Source: Paraspadella gotoi (Eukaryota; Animalia; Chaetognatha). From it: a DNA stretch of 64,000 nucleotides. Both the position numbers and the translations under genes were made by a program. Below are positions 39,316 through 52,738 of the stretch, piece by piece. The notes beneath the pieces were generated by a model. The model saw nothing but the letters and a program-made list of their open reading frames with translations, searched no databases and was not told the DNA's origin. Location: positions 3,408,917 to 3,472,916 of the forward strand of contig CM119264.1 of assembly GCA_051294375.1 (NCBI GenBank). The letters run 5' to 3'. Positions within the stretch are counted from its first letter, which is position 1; each line of letters begins with the position of its first letter.

Positions 39316-40020
39316 TATCTTTCTATCTTTCTTTCTTTCTTTCTTTCTTTATTTCTTTCTTTTACTTCATCCTTTCTCTTCTTCATACCCCCTCTTTTTT
39401 CACAATCACCGAACCAGAATCACTGGGCCTAACTTTCACAAACGATCCTTGAATCGCATTTGTGCGTGAAAGTCGCTTCAACAGAAAAACATCTTCACAG
39501 AAAAGTTGGAAACTAATGACGCATTCNNNNNNNNNNNNNNNNNNNNNNNNNNNNNNNNNNNNNNNNNNNNNNNNNNNNNNNNNNNNNNNNNNNNNNNNNN
39601 NNNNNNNNNNNNNNNNNNNNNNNNNNNNNNNNNNNNNNNNNNNNNNNNNNNNNNNNNNNNNNNNNNNNNNNNNNNNNNNNNNNNNNNNNNNNNNNNNNNN
39701 NNNNNNNNNNNNNNNNNNNNNNNNNNNNNNNNNNNNNNNNNNNNNNNNNNNNNNNNNNNNNNNNNNNNNNNTTGTTAGAAAACAGTTTCTTCTTTCTTCT
39801 GTCACATTTTGCGATTTTCCAAAGATTTTTCGTCTCAAAAAGTTTTTTTCCGAAAATTATGTATTTTTTTATCACAAATTATATTTTTTCTTTCGTTAAT
39901 TTCCTCATTTTTTTCAATTCAAGTATAATTGTGCATATCATGGTATATTTATATTAATATTTACTTCCTTATTCAAGTATCAAATATTTGATCCGGAATT
40001 GAGTTTTCTTTCTCCCAATG

Positions 40021-40057
<37 letters not shown>

Positions 40058-40091
40058 NNNNNNNNNNNNNNNNNNNNNNNNNCTCCGAGGA

Positions 40092-40215
<124 letters not shown>

Positions 40216-40319
40216 GAGAAGAGGCGGCTCTTGCCTCAGATGGAGGACAGACAACCGGGGAGACTAATGAATGACAGACGGAAGGCGGGCGGAAGGCGGG
40301 CAAGGGTGAGAGATAAATG

Positions 40320-40378
<59 letters not shown>

Positions 40379-40488
40379 TAGAGTCAAAATCGGAGGTGAA
40401 ACCATCAGATCATCGGGGAATAATCATCACATACGAGAGAAGAGAGAAAGAGAGTGGGAAAGAGCGTGAAGGTAGAAGAGATGAAGAT

Positions 40489-40542
<54 letters not shown>

Positions 40543-40887
40543 AGAGAGGAGAGAGGAGGAGAGGAAGAGAGAGAGAGAGAAAGCGATTAATTAGGAAGAG
40601 AAGGTAAGAAAAGCAGAAAGAAGGCAATTAAAATGGAGGTAAAGGGAGAAAGGTGACGAAGTGATAATGGAAGATAGGGTTTAAAGAGTGATCAAAATAG
40701 GATAGAGAAGAGAGTCGTACGTACGCGGGGGGGGGGGGGGGGAGGAGTGACCAGAGATAGAGGAAGTGAAGGAAGGGTCGATGAAAATGAAGAAAGGGGC
40801 GGAACTGCGAGAGATCCACCGACGGAGATAATGAGAACCAGGACAAAAGACGTGGGAAACAAAGAAAAAGAGGGGGAGAGAGAGAGA

Positions 40888-40936
<49 letters not shown>

Positions 40937-42349
40937 AAGAGAAAAAGAGAGAGAGGAGGAAGGAGGAGGCATATACCTTGAGTTCGCGGGACCGCCATTT
41001 CGGTCAACTCTATTATTGTATTTCGGTCGGGGCGGTTCACGCCAGCGTGCCGGCTATTTGTTTTCGCCTCCCATCCGTTTCGCGCCGAGCGCTGGCAGGT
41101 CGCGGACGTGTGGTATTTCCCGAAGCTGAACACCCCGATGGGTGATTTTCCTTCTCTTTCTTACTTCCTCTTACTCTTCCCTCTCGCCTCGCCTGGGCAC
41201 AATATCCTGATCAGAGGTGCGCCATAACCGACGGATGCTGACAAGCCAGCCAGATCGACAGACTTTCTTCATTCTTGCTCTGTTCCTTTATATTCTCCAA
41301 AATGGATAAAAGAATGATATGACAATAAAAAATAAAGTTATTATTTTTTTAAAGCCTATCTATTTAGATTAGATTTTAATTTTCTTTTTATTTATTTTTT
41401 TTTTTATTTCTCTAATCCCTTCCATGATTTTTGTGAAAGTTTTTTTTGACTATTACTTTTTTCCCAGTTTTCTTAATCCCTTTTTGATTTACATTTTTTC
41501 TTTTAATTTTCATTTGTTTTCATTGAGGTGTATTCTAATATTTTTTAACTTGAACAAAAAAAAAGATTCTATTTACAAATTTGTATTATAATAAAATGAT
41601 TTAAAAATAATTTAAAAAAGAAAATTACAGGCCTGAGCAAAGTAGCTTAAGTCCTAAAGTTAGGATTCCAGACAATGTTTGTCGGACGGCTTACTTGTTC
41701 CACTTATCAGCTTTGTCCCAACTCCTAGTATATAAAGGCGACTCTCTTCAAAACAATTTGGCGCAAAGACAGCCTTTCCAATAGAACAAAAGATTATCGT
41801 TAAAAAATAAAACTTGCACACTTTTTTTTTTTTACAAAAAATATATTTAGCTAATACGATATAAAATTAAAAAGGAAATAAATATGAACTAAAAATGTTT
41901 AAGTGATAAAAAATTATTGTTGGGTTTTTTTAATTGATAGTGTTTTAAATTTAAAATTTACTGCCATGCATGTATTTTCCTTTATTAAATAAGAGTAAGG
42001 CCCGCTAAAGTCTGTCTAAAAGTTCAGGGAGCAACGATAGCTATATAATATTAAATCGAAGCGGATATTTCTTATATTGGTTGTACCAATTTCATAAGTT
42101 AATTATTAGTAAAGGAAATTTTGTGAAGTTTTTTGCTAGGTTTCTGTTTCTAATTCGTTAGTTATTTTTAAAATTTTAGAGCAAAGGCAACATTTTGGCT
42201 CTATTTTAATTAACTAGTTTTTTTAAAATGAAGACGTCTCTGTCTCTATTTGCGCTTTTCCAGAAATATTAATTTTCTCAGTCTTGACGTTTGATTGTCT
42301 TCAGGCGCGAGACTTTTATCGATGTATCTTGTGATTTGACTGACGTCGT

Positions 42350-42383
<34 letters not shown>

Positions 42384-42621
42384 TCGTCGACTAACGGAAA
42401 CGAAAAGACAACTCAATCTCAATCTCAGAGTCACTCGCTCTCCCAGTTTTAGTTTTAGCCATAAAATACGATTTTCTTTTCTTTCGTATTCGCGACTCCA
42501 GATTTTGATCTCAAACCGAAAACTTTCCGTCTCTAACCCCCACTCGCCCCCCCCCTAACGGATCACCCCCATCCACCAATCTCAAAAACGGAAGACTCCA
42601 TCCCCCCTTGAAGCCCAAAAA

Positions 42622-42749
42622 GAAAATCCTCTTCCATCCCCTTCCAGAAAAAAAAAGAAAATCCCTTCCCATCCCTCCAGAAAAAAGAAAATCCCCTTCC
42701 CATCCCCTCCCGAAAAAAAAATCCCCTTCCCATCCCCTCCAGAAAAAAG
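42622..42749. repeat. ~30-bp minisatellite x4 (aaaatccccttcccatcccctccagaaaaaa)
   Basis: Direct inspection. Confidence 0.85.
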
Positions 42750-43145
42750 TATTCCGCTCGGCTTGGACTAGAATCAGTTCTGACCAGCTCCTTACCCCCT
42801 TCCTCCCTCTATCCCCCCCAACAGACTCCCTCTCGCTCTTGTTTCTCCACACACGCTCTCTTTTTTCTGTGTGAGAGCGAATCTTCACCGGATCTTCGCT
42901 TCTTCACTTTCGTTTTTTTCCTTTTTTTTCATCACATTTTTTTCCCTTTTTTTCTTTCTTTTTTTTTCGAGAAACGTTTAGTATCGCATCACGTCATCTT
43001 CCTTAGCATTATGTCATCGTCATCATCATCGTCATAATCATAATCATCATTATCATCATCATCATCATCGATCAATCATCTTTCTTATCATTTACAACCA
43101 AATCTAAGAAAATCTTGAGATAAACGGACGACGACGACGACGACC

Positions 43146-43179
<34 letters not shown>

Positions 43180-44105
43180 TAAAAAGAAGTTAAATCGAGA
43201 TATAAAAGAAATTATTCAACATCGAAAAAAAACAACAACATCAACAACAACTAGGTCAGCGATGACGATTCTAATTATTTATAACGACAACGACTTTAAA
43301 ATACAGAAAATGTAGCATCTGATACTCTTTGTCTGTTTTCAGCATTTAAAGAACTTGCTAGACGGTTAAATCTTTTTTTTAAGAAAAAAAGACTAAAAAC
43401 CTTTTTTTTTTCTTTTTCTTTTCTTTCTAAAGATTTTTATTCGTCTTCTTCCTCGTCTTTTCCTTATTCGATTCCTCGCCGAAAATTCTCGGAATTTTTT
43501 AACCATTTTCTACTTGAGTTTTTTTTTTTTTGTACGTAAAAGATTAACGAAAAAAACATCCCAGGTCGAACAAAAGGTGTGTAAAACTCGGGATACTGAT
43601 AGTCTGAAAGGAAAAAAATGTTTGTTTAACTTCTCGTAAATATACAATTATACGTTACATTCACAAAAAAAGAGGAAAAAAATTAAAAATACCAAACAAA
43701 ATGAGTTAAGAATTACGATTAAAATTAAAATAAGGATTAAGATTAAGATTTAAATTAATATTGAGAATCAGATAAAGATTAAAATAAATAATAGGTAATA
43801 ATTAGGATTACGATTAAAGTAAACTTAAGCTTTATGCTTATTCCTTAAGCTTATTCCTTTCGCGAGCCTAAATAAATAAAAAAACTCATAAAAAAAATAA
43901 TTTAAAAAATCTGGAACGAATAAGCATTTGTCATATTTTTAACGGATTACGAGTTCTGTTTACAGCGCGGAAAGGATTAGAGGTTTTCTCGTAAATCTTC
44001 TCTCGATCTCTTTCGATTTAATCGTTTCTCGTTGTACTCGCCCGTGTCGTTGTTGTTGTCGTTGTTGCAGCTGGCGATTTAATTCGCGTCGTCAGACTCG
44101 ATTCG

Positions 44106-44145
44106 CCAATCAGAAGGCTGGGTTTCTTGGTTGTAAACCAATGAG
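44106..44145 (+). promoter_or_regulatory. Paired CCAAT boxes (CCAATCAG, CCAATGAG) 32 bp apart; candidate NF-Y promoter
   Basis: Both match the CCAAT(C/G)(A/G)G consensus and lie in a CpG-richer patch. Confidence 0.35.
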
Positions 44146-45675
44146 CGCCGAGCTGAGAAACCCGGAAAGAAAATAAATACCTAAAAACATTTAATGGCGT
44201 AAAGTAAATGTGAAATTATATTAAAATCAACTAACAAAATTTAAAAAAAAATTATTTAGGTCCATAACCGAAGTAAAATTAAAAACAGTAACAAGATTAG
44301 AAACTGAAGGAATCGAGACGAAAAAATAGAAAAGGAAAAAAAAAAAGAGAAAAATAGAAAAAGAGGAAAAAGAGAAAAAGTAAAAGAGAAAAATATAAAA
44401 TTATAAAAAGAGAGAAAAAAAGAAAAAACAAAAGAAAAAGAGAAAAGAAAAAAAAGAGAAAAAGAGGAAAAAAGAGAAAAGGGTCAGATGGACGAATTGT
44501 CTCCTTCTCCTTGGGTACACCGTCCCCTGGTCCGCGTCAGCGACGAGGCGGTCAAAGNNNNNNNNNNNNNNNNNNNNNNNNNNNNNNNNNNNNNNNNNNN
44601 NNNNNNNNNNNNNNNNNNNNNNNNNNNNNNNNNNNNNNNNNNNNNNNNNNNNNNNNNNNNNNNNNNNNNNNNNNNNNNNNNNNNNNNNNNNNNNNNNNNN
44701 NNNNNNNNNNNNNNNNNNNNNNNNNNNNNNNNNNNNNNNNNNNNNNNNNNNNNNNNNNNNNNNNNNNNNNNNNNNGAGAGAGAGAGAGAGAGAGAACATC
44801 CAACTTAGATTCTGTCTTCCCACAATTTTTGGTATTTCTTTCTGCTTTTCTCTTTTTTTTATCTTTCTTTCTATCTTTCTTTCTATCTTTCTTTCTTTCC
44901 TATCTTGTTTTCCATCTTTCTTTCTTTCTTTCTTTCTTTTCTTCTATCTTTCTTTCTNNNNNNNNNNNNNNNNNNNNNNNNNNNNNNNNNNNNNNNNNNN
45001 NNNNNNNNNNNNNNNNNNNNNNNNNNNNNNNNNNNNNNNNNNNNNNNNNNNNNNNNNNNNNNNNNNNNNNNNNNNNNNNNNNNNNNNNNNNNNNNNNNNN
45101 NNNNNNNNNNNNNNNNNNNNNNNNNNNNNNNNNNNNNNNNNNNNNNNNNNNNNNNNNNNNNNNNNNNNNNNNNNNNNNNNNNNNNNNNNNNNNNNNNNNN
45201 NNNNNNNNNNNNNNNNNNNNNNNNNNNNNNNNNNNNNNNNNNNNNNNNNNNNNNNNNNNNNNNNNNNNNNNNNNNNNNNNNNNNNNNNNNNNNNNNNNNN
45301 NNNNNNNNNNNNNNNNNNNNNNNNNNNGAGAGAGAGAGAGAGAACGCTAGAGGCCTTTTGACTTTAGAGTCATTATTAACTTCGAATGAATGGAAAGTAA
45401 AAAAAGAAAAAGAAGCCAAGTTGTTTTTTCTCCTGTCAATTCGTGAAAATGGAAAGTCACTCTCCCCCCCCCTCCTTTTCACAACAAAAACACCACAGGA
45501 GGGGGGGAGTGTGAGACGCTTTGAGTTTATCACCCCCTCATTTAACCCCCCCTACCCCTCTACACTCCCCCTTTCCCCCTCGACTTTTGAAAAGATCGAG
45601 AGCGACTTTGGGATATTTATTGGCAATTTGGTCGGACGCGAGGGGAGCGCTATTAAATTAGGAATTTGTACTCAC

Positions 45676-45729
45676 GGTTCCATCCAGAGTTCCATCTCGG
45701 TTCCAATTGCGGTTCCATCCATTGACGAT
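45676..45729 (-). other. Candidate 54-nt exon
   Basis: Pyrimidine-rich ...ttcttctcgctcgaaacag| acceptor and |gtgagt donor; open in phase 0 (IVNGWNRNWNRDGTLDGT). Confidence 0.3.
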
Positions 45730-47770
45730 CTGTTTCGAGCGAGAAGAAACGGAGCGCGACCAAGTTTGATGGATGAGGAAAGGCGACGGTCGCTGATGCT
45801 CGACCTTTCTTGTTCATTTCGGGGTTGAACGTAAATTTTTAACTAATTTAATAAAGTTATTGAATCTTGACTATCGAGCTTTGTGAGCTAACTGGTTGCA
45901 TACATACCCTCTCTTTTGGTCCATCAAAAATAATCTTAATTTTTTAAAATTATCTGTTATTATTATTATTATTAGTGTTAAAAACCCCAAGCCTAAGAAT
46001 TTCCGCGTTTAAGTTAAAAAGTAAGTTGTCAATTTCGTCGTAAGATAAAATTATCATCAACACAGAGGATGGGAAACAGATTTTAGGACGAGAAATTACG
46101 AGATTAAAAATTCAGAATATCTATAACAACATACAACTGCTCTAATTAGAAAAGCGGCCATATTGTGCAGATTTATTGGCATAAATTCTCTTTTCGCTTC
46201 CGCGAATCGAGTACAAAACTTGAAAACTGCCTGGGGTCATCGTCGGCTTGAAGTCCGTCGTAAAAAAGAATTAAGACAAAATTGACGAGGATTTAAAAGG
46301 ATAAAAAAGTAATACCACAATTAGTTTAATTACAGTCAAGATTATCGGTTTATCGTTGACAGGACAAACGGGTCGTCGTCGTAGTCGTCGTCGTCGTTTT
46401 TCCTTGTTAATCAACGTTTCTTACTTTCCTTCGTTCGATGGGATTTGAATTCATGGAACAAAAAAAAAGAAAGAAAAAAAGAAAAAAAGTGGGACGAATC
46501 CGTTGACGCGAGACGAGAGGGAAGGAAACAAAAGGAGAAAGAGTGAAAGAAAAAGTGAAAGAAAAANNNNNNNNNNNNNNNNNNNNNNNNNNNNNNNNNN
46601 NNNNNNNNNNNNNNNNNNNNNNNNNNNNNNNNNNNNNNNNNNNNNNNNNNNNNNNNNNNNNNNNNNNNNNNNNNNNNNNNNNNNNNNNNNNNNNNNNNNN
46701 NNNNNNNNNNNNNNNNNNNNNNNNNNNNNNNNNNNNNNNNNNNNNNNNNNNNNNNNNNNNNNNNNNNNNNNNNNNNNNNNNNNNNNNNNNNNNNNNNNNN
46801 NNNNNNNNNNNNNNNNNNNNNNNNNNNNNNNNNNNNNNNNNNNNNNNNNNNNNNNNNNNNNNNNNNNNNNNNNNNNNNNNNNNNNNNNNNNNNNNNNNNN
46901 NNNNNNNNNNNNNNNNNNNNNNNAATTATAGAGGATTAGAACGGTATTAATATATGGAACTTTAAAATTTATATATTTTAAATAAAATAGAAATAGAGAA
47001 ATCGGATAGAAAAGGGTTAGGAAGGTAGTAGTCGGTGTTGGAGGCCAATGCAGTCAGAATTAAGGCGTAAAAAACACCTGAAAAAAAGGAAGAAAAAAGG
47101 AAAATAAAAGGAAAATAAAAGGAAAAAGTTTCAATTTTTGAACGACAAACAATAAATTTTCTTTATTCACACAACAACAACAACAAAAAATCGCGTCGTT
47201 TTGAAAATTGTTCAAAAAAAAAAATGAAGTGAGGCTAAAAAAGAATTTTTTTCTTTCCGTTCACATCGAGTCAAGCAAAAAAAAGATAAGTGAGACTGTG
47301 AGTTGAAAATCTTTTTTTTCGCGAGATTTTGATTCACTTTGTCTGCGGTCAGACAAGACCGAACAGCAGCTTTTAAAAATTACCCAATTTGCTTAAAATC
47401 GTGTAGATTTCCTAAAGTGAAACATATAGCAAAAAAATTGGGACAAACTTGGTTAAATAGGCAAAAAGAGTCATTTAATGCTGCACCGNNNNNNNNNNNN
47501 NNNNNNNNNNNNNNNNNNNNNNNNNNNNNNNNNNNNNNNNNNNNNNNNNNNNNNNNNNNNNNNNNNNNNNNNNNNNNNNNNNNNNNNNNNNNNNNNNNNN
47601 NNNNNNNNNNNNNNNNNNNNNNNNNNNNNNNNNNNNNNNNNNNNNNNNNNNNNNNNNNNNNNNNNNNNNNNNNNNNNNNNNCAGCGAATGAACAAAAAGA
47701 GGCCAGGATGCCAATTTCCTTTTGGCCTCAAAATACGTGAACCCCGACGCGACGAAAAGGCTTTCTCCGG

Positions 47771-47835
<65 letters not shown>

Positions 47836-48956
47836 GATGATTGATGATTATGATGACGATGATAATTGTTTGTGATGATGATGATAGTGGTTATTTGGAC
47901 GAGCGATGGTTATAACAATTTTAATCATGGTCATGGATGATCGCATTTCCTCCAACAGGGAGGATGACGCCGATGATAATGAAAACGACGACGACGACGA
48001 CGACGACAATGACCATGATAACGACGACGACGATAACGACGACGACGAAGACGACGATCATTACGACGACGCCGTCCTTGAATTTGGTTTCCTTTCATTC
48101 GGTGATGATTTCTTATCTTACCTAATTTCGTTTCACAGAAAAATCAAAGGTGAGACCATTTTTTTTCGGAAGCACATTTTGACAATAGGAAAAAAAAANN
48201 NNNNNNNNNNNNNNNNNNNNNNNNNNNNNNNNNNNNNNNNNNNNNNNNNNNNNNNNNNNNNNNNNNNNNNNNNNNNNNNNNNNNNNNNNNNNNNNNNNNN
48301 NNNNNNNNNNNNNNNNNNNNNNNNNNNNNNNNNNNNNNNNNNNNNNNNNNNNNNNNNNNNNNNNNNNNNNNNNNNNNNNNNNNNNNNNNNNNNNNNNNNN
48401 NNNNNNNNNNNNNNNNNNNNNNNNNNNNNNNNNNNNNNNNNNNNNNNNNNNNNNNNNNNNNNNNNNNNNNNNNNNNNNNNNNNNNNNNNNNNNNNNNNNN
48501 NNNNNNNNNNNNNNNNNNNNNNNNNNNNNNNNNNNNNNNNNNNNNNNNNNNNNNNNNNNNNNNNNNNNNNNNNNNNNNNNNNNNNNNNNNNNNNNNNNAT
48601 AAGTGAGAGAAGTTTCGACATCCAAATAAGAAAGTGAGTTAATCAGCGATCGAGGTGAGTGAGAAGGTCAGTGACAAGGAAAGAGAAAGAGAAGCGAGAG
48701 AAAGGGAAGGATAAAGAGGAGGTGAGTTCAAAGATTCGAAATGAATTCACCGTGAAGCGTGAGGGTAAGTGAAGATTGATCACCATCGAGGATTCGCCCG
48801 CCGAAGTCACGATCACGTGACCAGGCGAGTTCACGTTTCGACGCCGCGGACGTCGCCAGGGGGGGGGATCACGTGATTGGACGGTGAGGACGAGATGAGC
48901 AGAGATCGAATCTCGATCCAGATGGCGATGATAAAGAGACGACGACGATGACGATA

Positions 48957-48987
<31 letters not shown>

Positions 48988-49197
48988 NNNNNNNNNNNNN
49001 NNNNNNNNNNNNNNNNNNNNNNNNNNNNNNNNNNNNNNNNNNNNNNNNNNNNNNNNNNNNNNNNNNNNNNNNNNNNNNNNNNNNNNNNNNNNNNNNNNNN
49101 NNNNNNNNNNNNNNNNNNNNNNNNNNNNNNNNNNNNNNNNNNNNNNNNNNNNNNNNNNNNNNNNNNNNNNNNNNNNNNNNNNNNNNNNNNNNNNNNN

Positions 49198-49232
<35 letters not shown>

Positions 49233-49332
49233 CCGTGACTTTTTTTGTAAAAAAGAAATTGGGTTTTCCCCCATTATCGAATAATTGCGCCTTTTTATAG
49301 AAGGACGAAATGTGTGAAGACCACAGATGGGT

Positions 49333-49365
<33 letters not shown>

Positions 49366-50844
49366 TTCAAGAATCAAAAAGCGAAGAAGAAGCAGATTTT
49401 TTCCCCACCTTTTTTTTTCTGGTTTTGGATGGAATTTCGGTTCTCACCTTGAAATGGAACCGAATCTACCCCAGTTTTCTTCTCCTTTGTGGACGCATTC
49501 ACATTTTTGATTCACATTTCAGATTCACATTTTAGATTCACGCATTCATACATTTTTTGATTCTTTGCAATTTCATTGAAATTTCTTTTTTACACTTTTA
49601 TCCACACAACTTATGATCACATTTCGACTCTTTATAATATTTACATTTTTAAATCTTTTAATTTACTTCCTGGTTTAAGGAAATGAAACAAAAATTCAGG
49701 GTTTATTTAATTTTTATTTCATTTCAATTTCAATTTTCTATTATGAAATTGGAACAATGTCTATTTATTCGATATATAAGCTCTCTCGCCCCCGATTCTG
49801 GGCAGGCCAGAATAGGTTAAAGCCTTCGTCCCTCTCACAAGATAATAACGTCACAGGACCCGGAAAATTTTCAATCAAGACTCCTTCACTGTCAATTGTT
49901 TGAATTGTTTCAAAAGGACAACTCAGTTATTGAATCTAAATCTTTTTTCCACATTCGAACGCATTGCACTTGCAAATTCCCTTACCCATTCCCCTTAAGC
50001 CCCGGCCCGACCCTGGTCCCTCTCCCCATTGACTCCAAGCCCTTCCCTCTTCATCCCCTCCTACTCCTTCTCCCCCTCCTCCTCTTCCTCCTGAAAATGA
50101 CCTCCTTAGATTTCCTTGTTATCTTTGACCCGCGACGCGAGAAGGAGAGAGAGAAAAAAAAACTTTGGCGGGAAAGAAAACGATTCAGTTTCTCAACGAA
50201 GATTTTACGTTAACATAAGGAGGAACGTATCTCCCCTTTTTTTTGCCCCGGAGGCCCGCGCATGCGCAATGCGCAGAGAGGAATTTCTCATCTGTAATCG
50301 TCAAAAGACTTTTTTTAATCATCATTTCCTATGTAATGTGACAATTTACTCTATCGAACATTTTTTGGTCAGGCCATCTGTCGTTCGGTCTCACCTTTTA
50401 AAAAGATTATAAATGATCTAATGATTAATTTCGTTTTCTGAAACCACTGCAGATAGGTAATAAAACTTAATATGTACATGTTTTCGAAATTTTATATAAT
50501 TATGTAGTCGCTTGATTATTTAAATTATAACACACATATTTTATAATATATATATTGGGGATGAGCATCGTTTCTAAACAACTCATTGTTTTATATCAAT
50601 TTGGAGCGTTCGATAGACAATTACAAACATTATCTACATCCATAATTTCATCATAATCCGACAATCCGTTCAAAAGTAATCGCCAAAAAGCAATCGAAAA
50701 ATCGCTCTTCAAACCGATCAACTTTCTAAAATGAGCTCGTTTTGATCCAACAAAGATTAGTACTATGCGTAGTACTAAGCTTTAGAACCGGCGCACATGG
50801 AGATCCTGGGCCTGAATTTTTCAGAAAAATCCCGTTCAGTAAAA

Positions 50845-51097
50845 TTTTTTTTATTATATATATTAATTATAAAAATATTTTTTAAAAATTTATCTTGAAT
50901 ATTAAAAAAATTTAAAACATAATTTTTTATATATTTTAAATAAATAAAATAAAATTATTTTATAATAAAAATATATATTACTTATCAGATTATTAAAATA
51001 ATAAATAAAATAATAATAAAATAATAAAATAAAAAATAATTATAATTAAAAAAAATAAAAAAATAAAAATAAAATATTTATATTTTATTTATTATTA

Positions 51098-51137
<40 letters not shown>

Positions 51138-51440
51138 TATTAAAATAAAAAAAATAAATTTTTTTTTATTTATTATATTTAATATAATTTATGTATTTTA
51201 TTAAAATTAAAATTTTATTTTAATTTTATATTTTTAATCATACCATAATAAAAAAAAAACTCGCAGTTTTAAAAAAATTAATTTATTGGTAAAATATATT
51301 TTTTATATTAGTATATATACTTTTATATATAGTACTACTTTCTCAAATTGAATAAAAAAATTTATTTTTCAATACTATAATTATATTTATATAATATTTA
51401 ATATATTTATATAATATAAAAAATTAAAAATTTATTTTTC
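50845..51440. repeat. Almost pure A/T low-complexity block
   Basis: Very few G or C over about 600 bp. Confidence 0.9.
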
Positions 51441-52052
51441 TAGCATTTTGAACTCACAAGCAACACTGTCCGACGATTTTTATTTTTAATAAGTTTTTAT
51501 TTGGACTTTTTTTAAATTTGCTTTATATTGAGAAAACGCTTTTGAATTAAGCCCGCGCTCTACCTGATTTGAATAGTAAAATCAATACATTTCGTCAATT
51601 GTGATCAAAATTGAAAAAACAATGAAGCTTGTACTATGCATTTTTCACCTAAAAAAACCAGTTTATTTGATTGCTTTATCAAGCAATTAAGATTGCAAGA
51701 ATTTTAATTTTGCTTTTTTCATCATGTAGAGAAGACATAAGGTTTCGGAAACTGTTACTAATATGTATGATTTGGTCTTTTTTACTCAAAGCCAGGAGGT
51801 TTTCTTAGAATAGGGAAAAAACGGCCTGACCAGTCCATTTAAATACCATTTTTGGGCATGATAAAATGGGAATTTCGATCGCGCTCTACCCTCCATTGGC
51901 CTTCCCAAGACGCCAAGCTTTCGAAAATCTGCCCATATTGACATAATTTGTTTTGGCCTTGACTATGCAGTTTTGAATAGAAGTGAAATATAAAGGAATC
52001 TTGATCGGAGCTTCGATTCGAACGGATGCCCTCATCTCTATATATATATATA

Positions 52053-52137
52053 TTCATTTCTGTCTTTAATCACTTAAAAATATAATTTATATATATATTA
52101 TTTAATATATATTTAAGTAATTAAAGACAGAAATGAA
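52053..52137. repeat. Inverted repeat / hairpin with 26-bp arms
   Basis: ttcatttctgtctttaatcacttaaa versus tttaagtaattaaagacagaaatgaa, 1 mismatch, AT-only loop. Confidence 0.85.
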
Positions 52138-52710
52138 GGGTAGTCTTCAATGTTCCTTCACACCAACATTTTGCAAAACTCTGGAAAATCTATGAAATCT
52201 GACTTTATTGTACCCTAGTTTCAATCCTTCAAAAAAATACATCAGTTTACAATAACCTTTTTTTTTCCTTGGACTCCCTGTGAATAAATAAACATTTTTC
52301 TTCGCGCTTCACCCTTTCAATCTTCCACCCTACTTCACATTCATCCCAAACCCCCACCACAAATCCCACCCCAAGCCCAATAATCTTCCCACCTCCCACC
52401 TAATTTCCCACCCTAATCGTCCACTCTTCCCTTCTCGAACAGGGATTCCAGATTTCCCGCGCTCCGAATCAAAATCCACCGACAGATGGCCCAAGGTAAT
52501 TTCTTTTTCTTTTTTCGACCCGGAGAACGCTACGACGACGACGACGACGACGAAGGTAACTTGAGAAAGATGATGACGATGAATAAAAATGATGTCAACA
52601 TTGACTAAGAAAATATCGTTAAAGACGAAACTGACGAAAAAGAAAACTTGAGATGATCACGAAGAAAAAAGTCATCAGGACAGAATGCATTGTGAACTTA
52701 CCCAACTTAC

Positions 52711-52738
52711 CTTGGGGGAACGTTGAGCTTGATTACGT
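52711..52738 (-). other. Candidate 28-nt micro-exon
   Basis: cactcaccctcag| acceptor and a perfect AAG|gtaagt donor. Confidence 0.3.

Noticed and set aside
52259-52283. Mariner-like terminus (reverse complement cacagggagtccaagg)
   Set aside because: There is no partner TIR in the window and no TA flank
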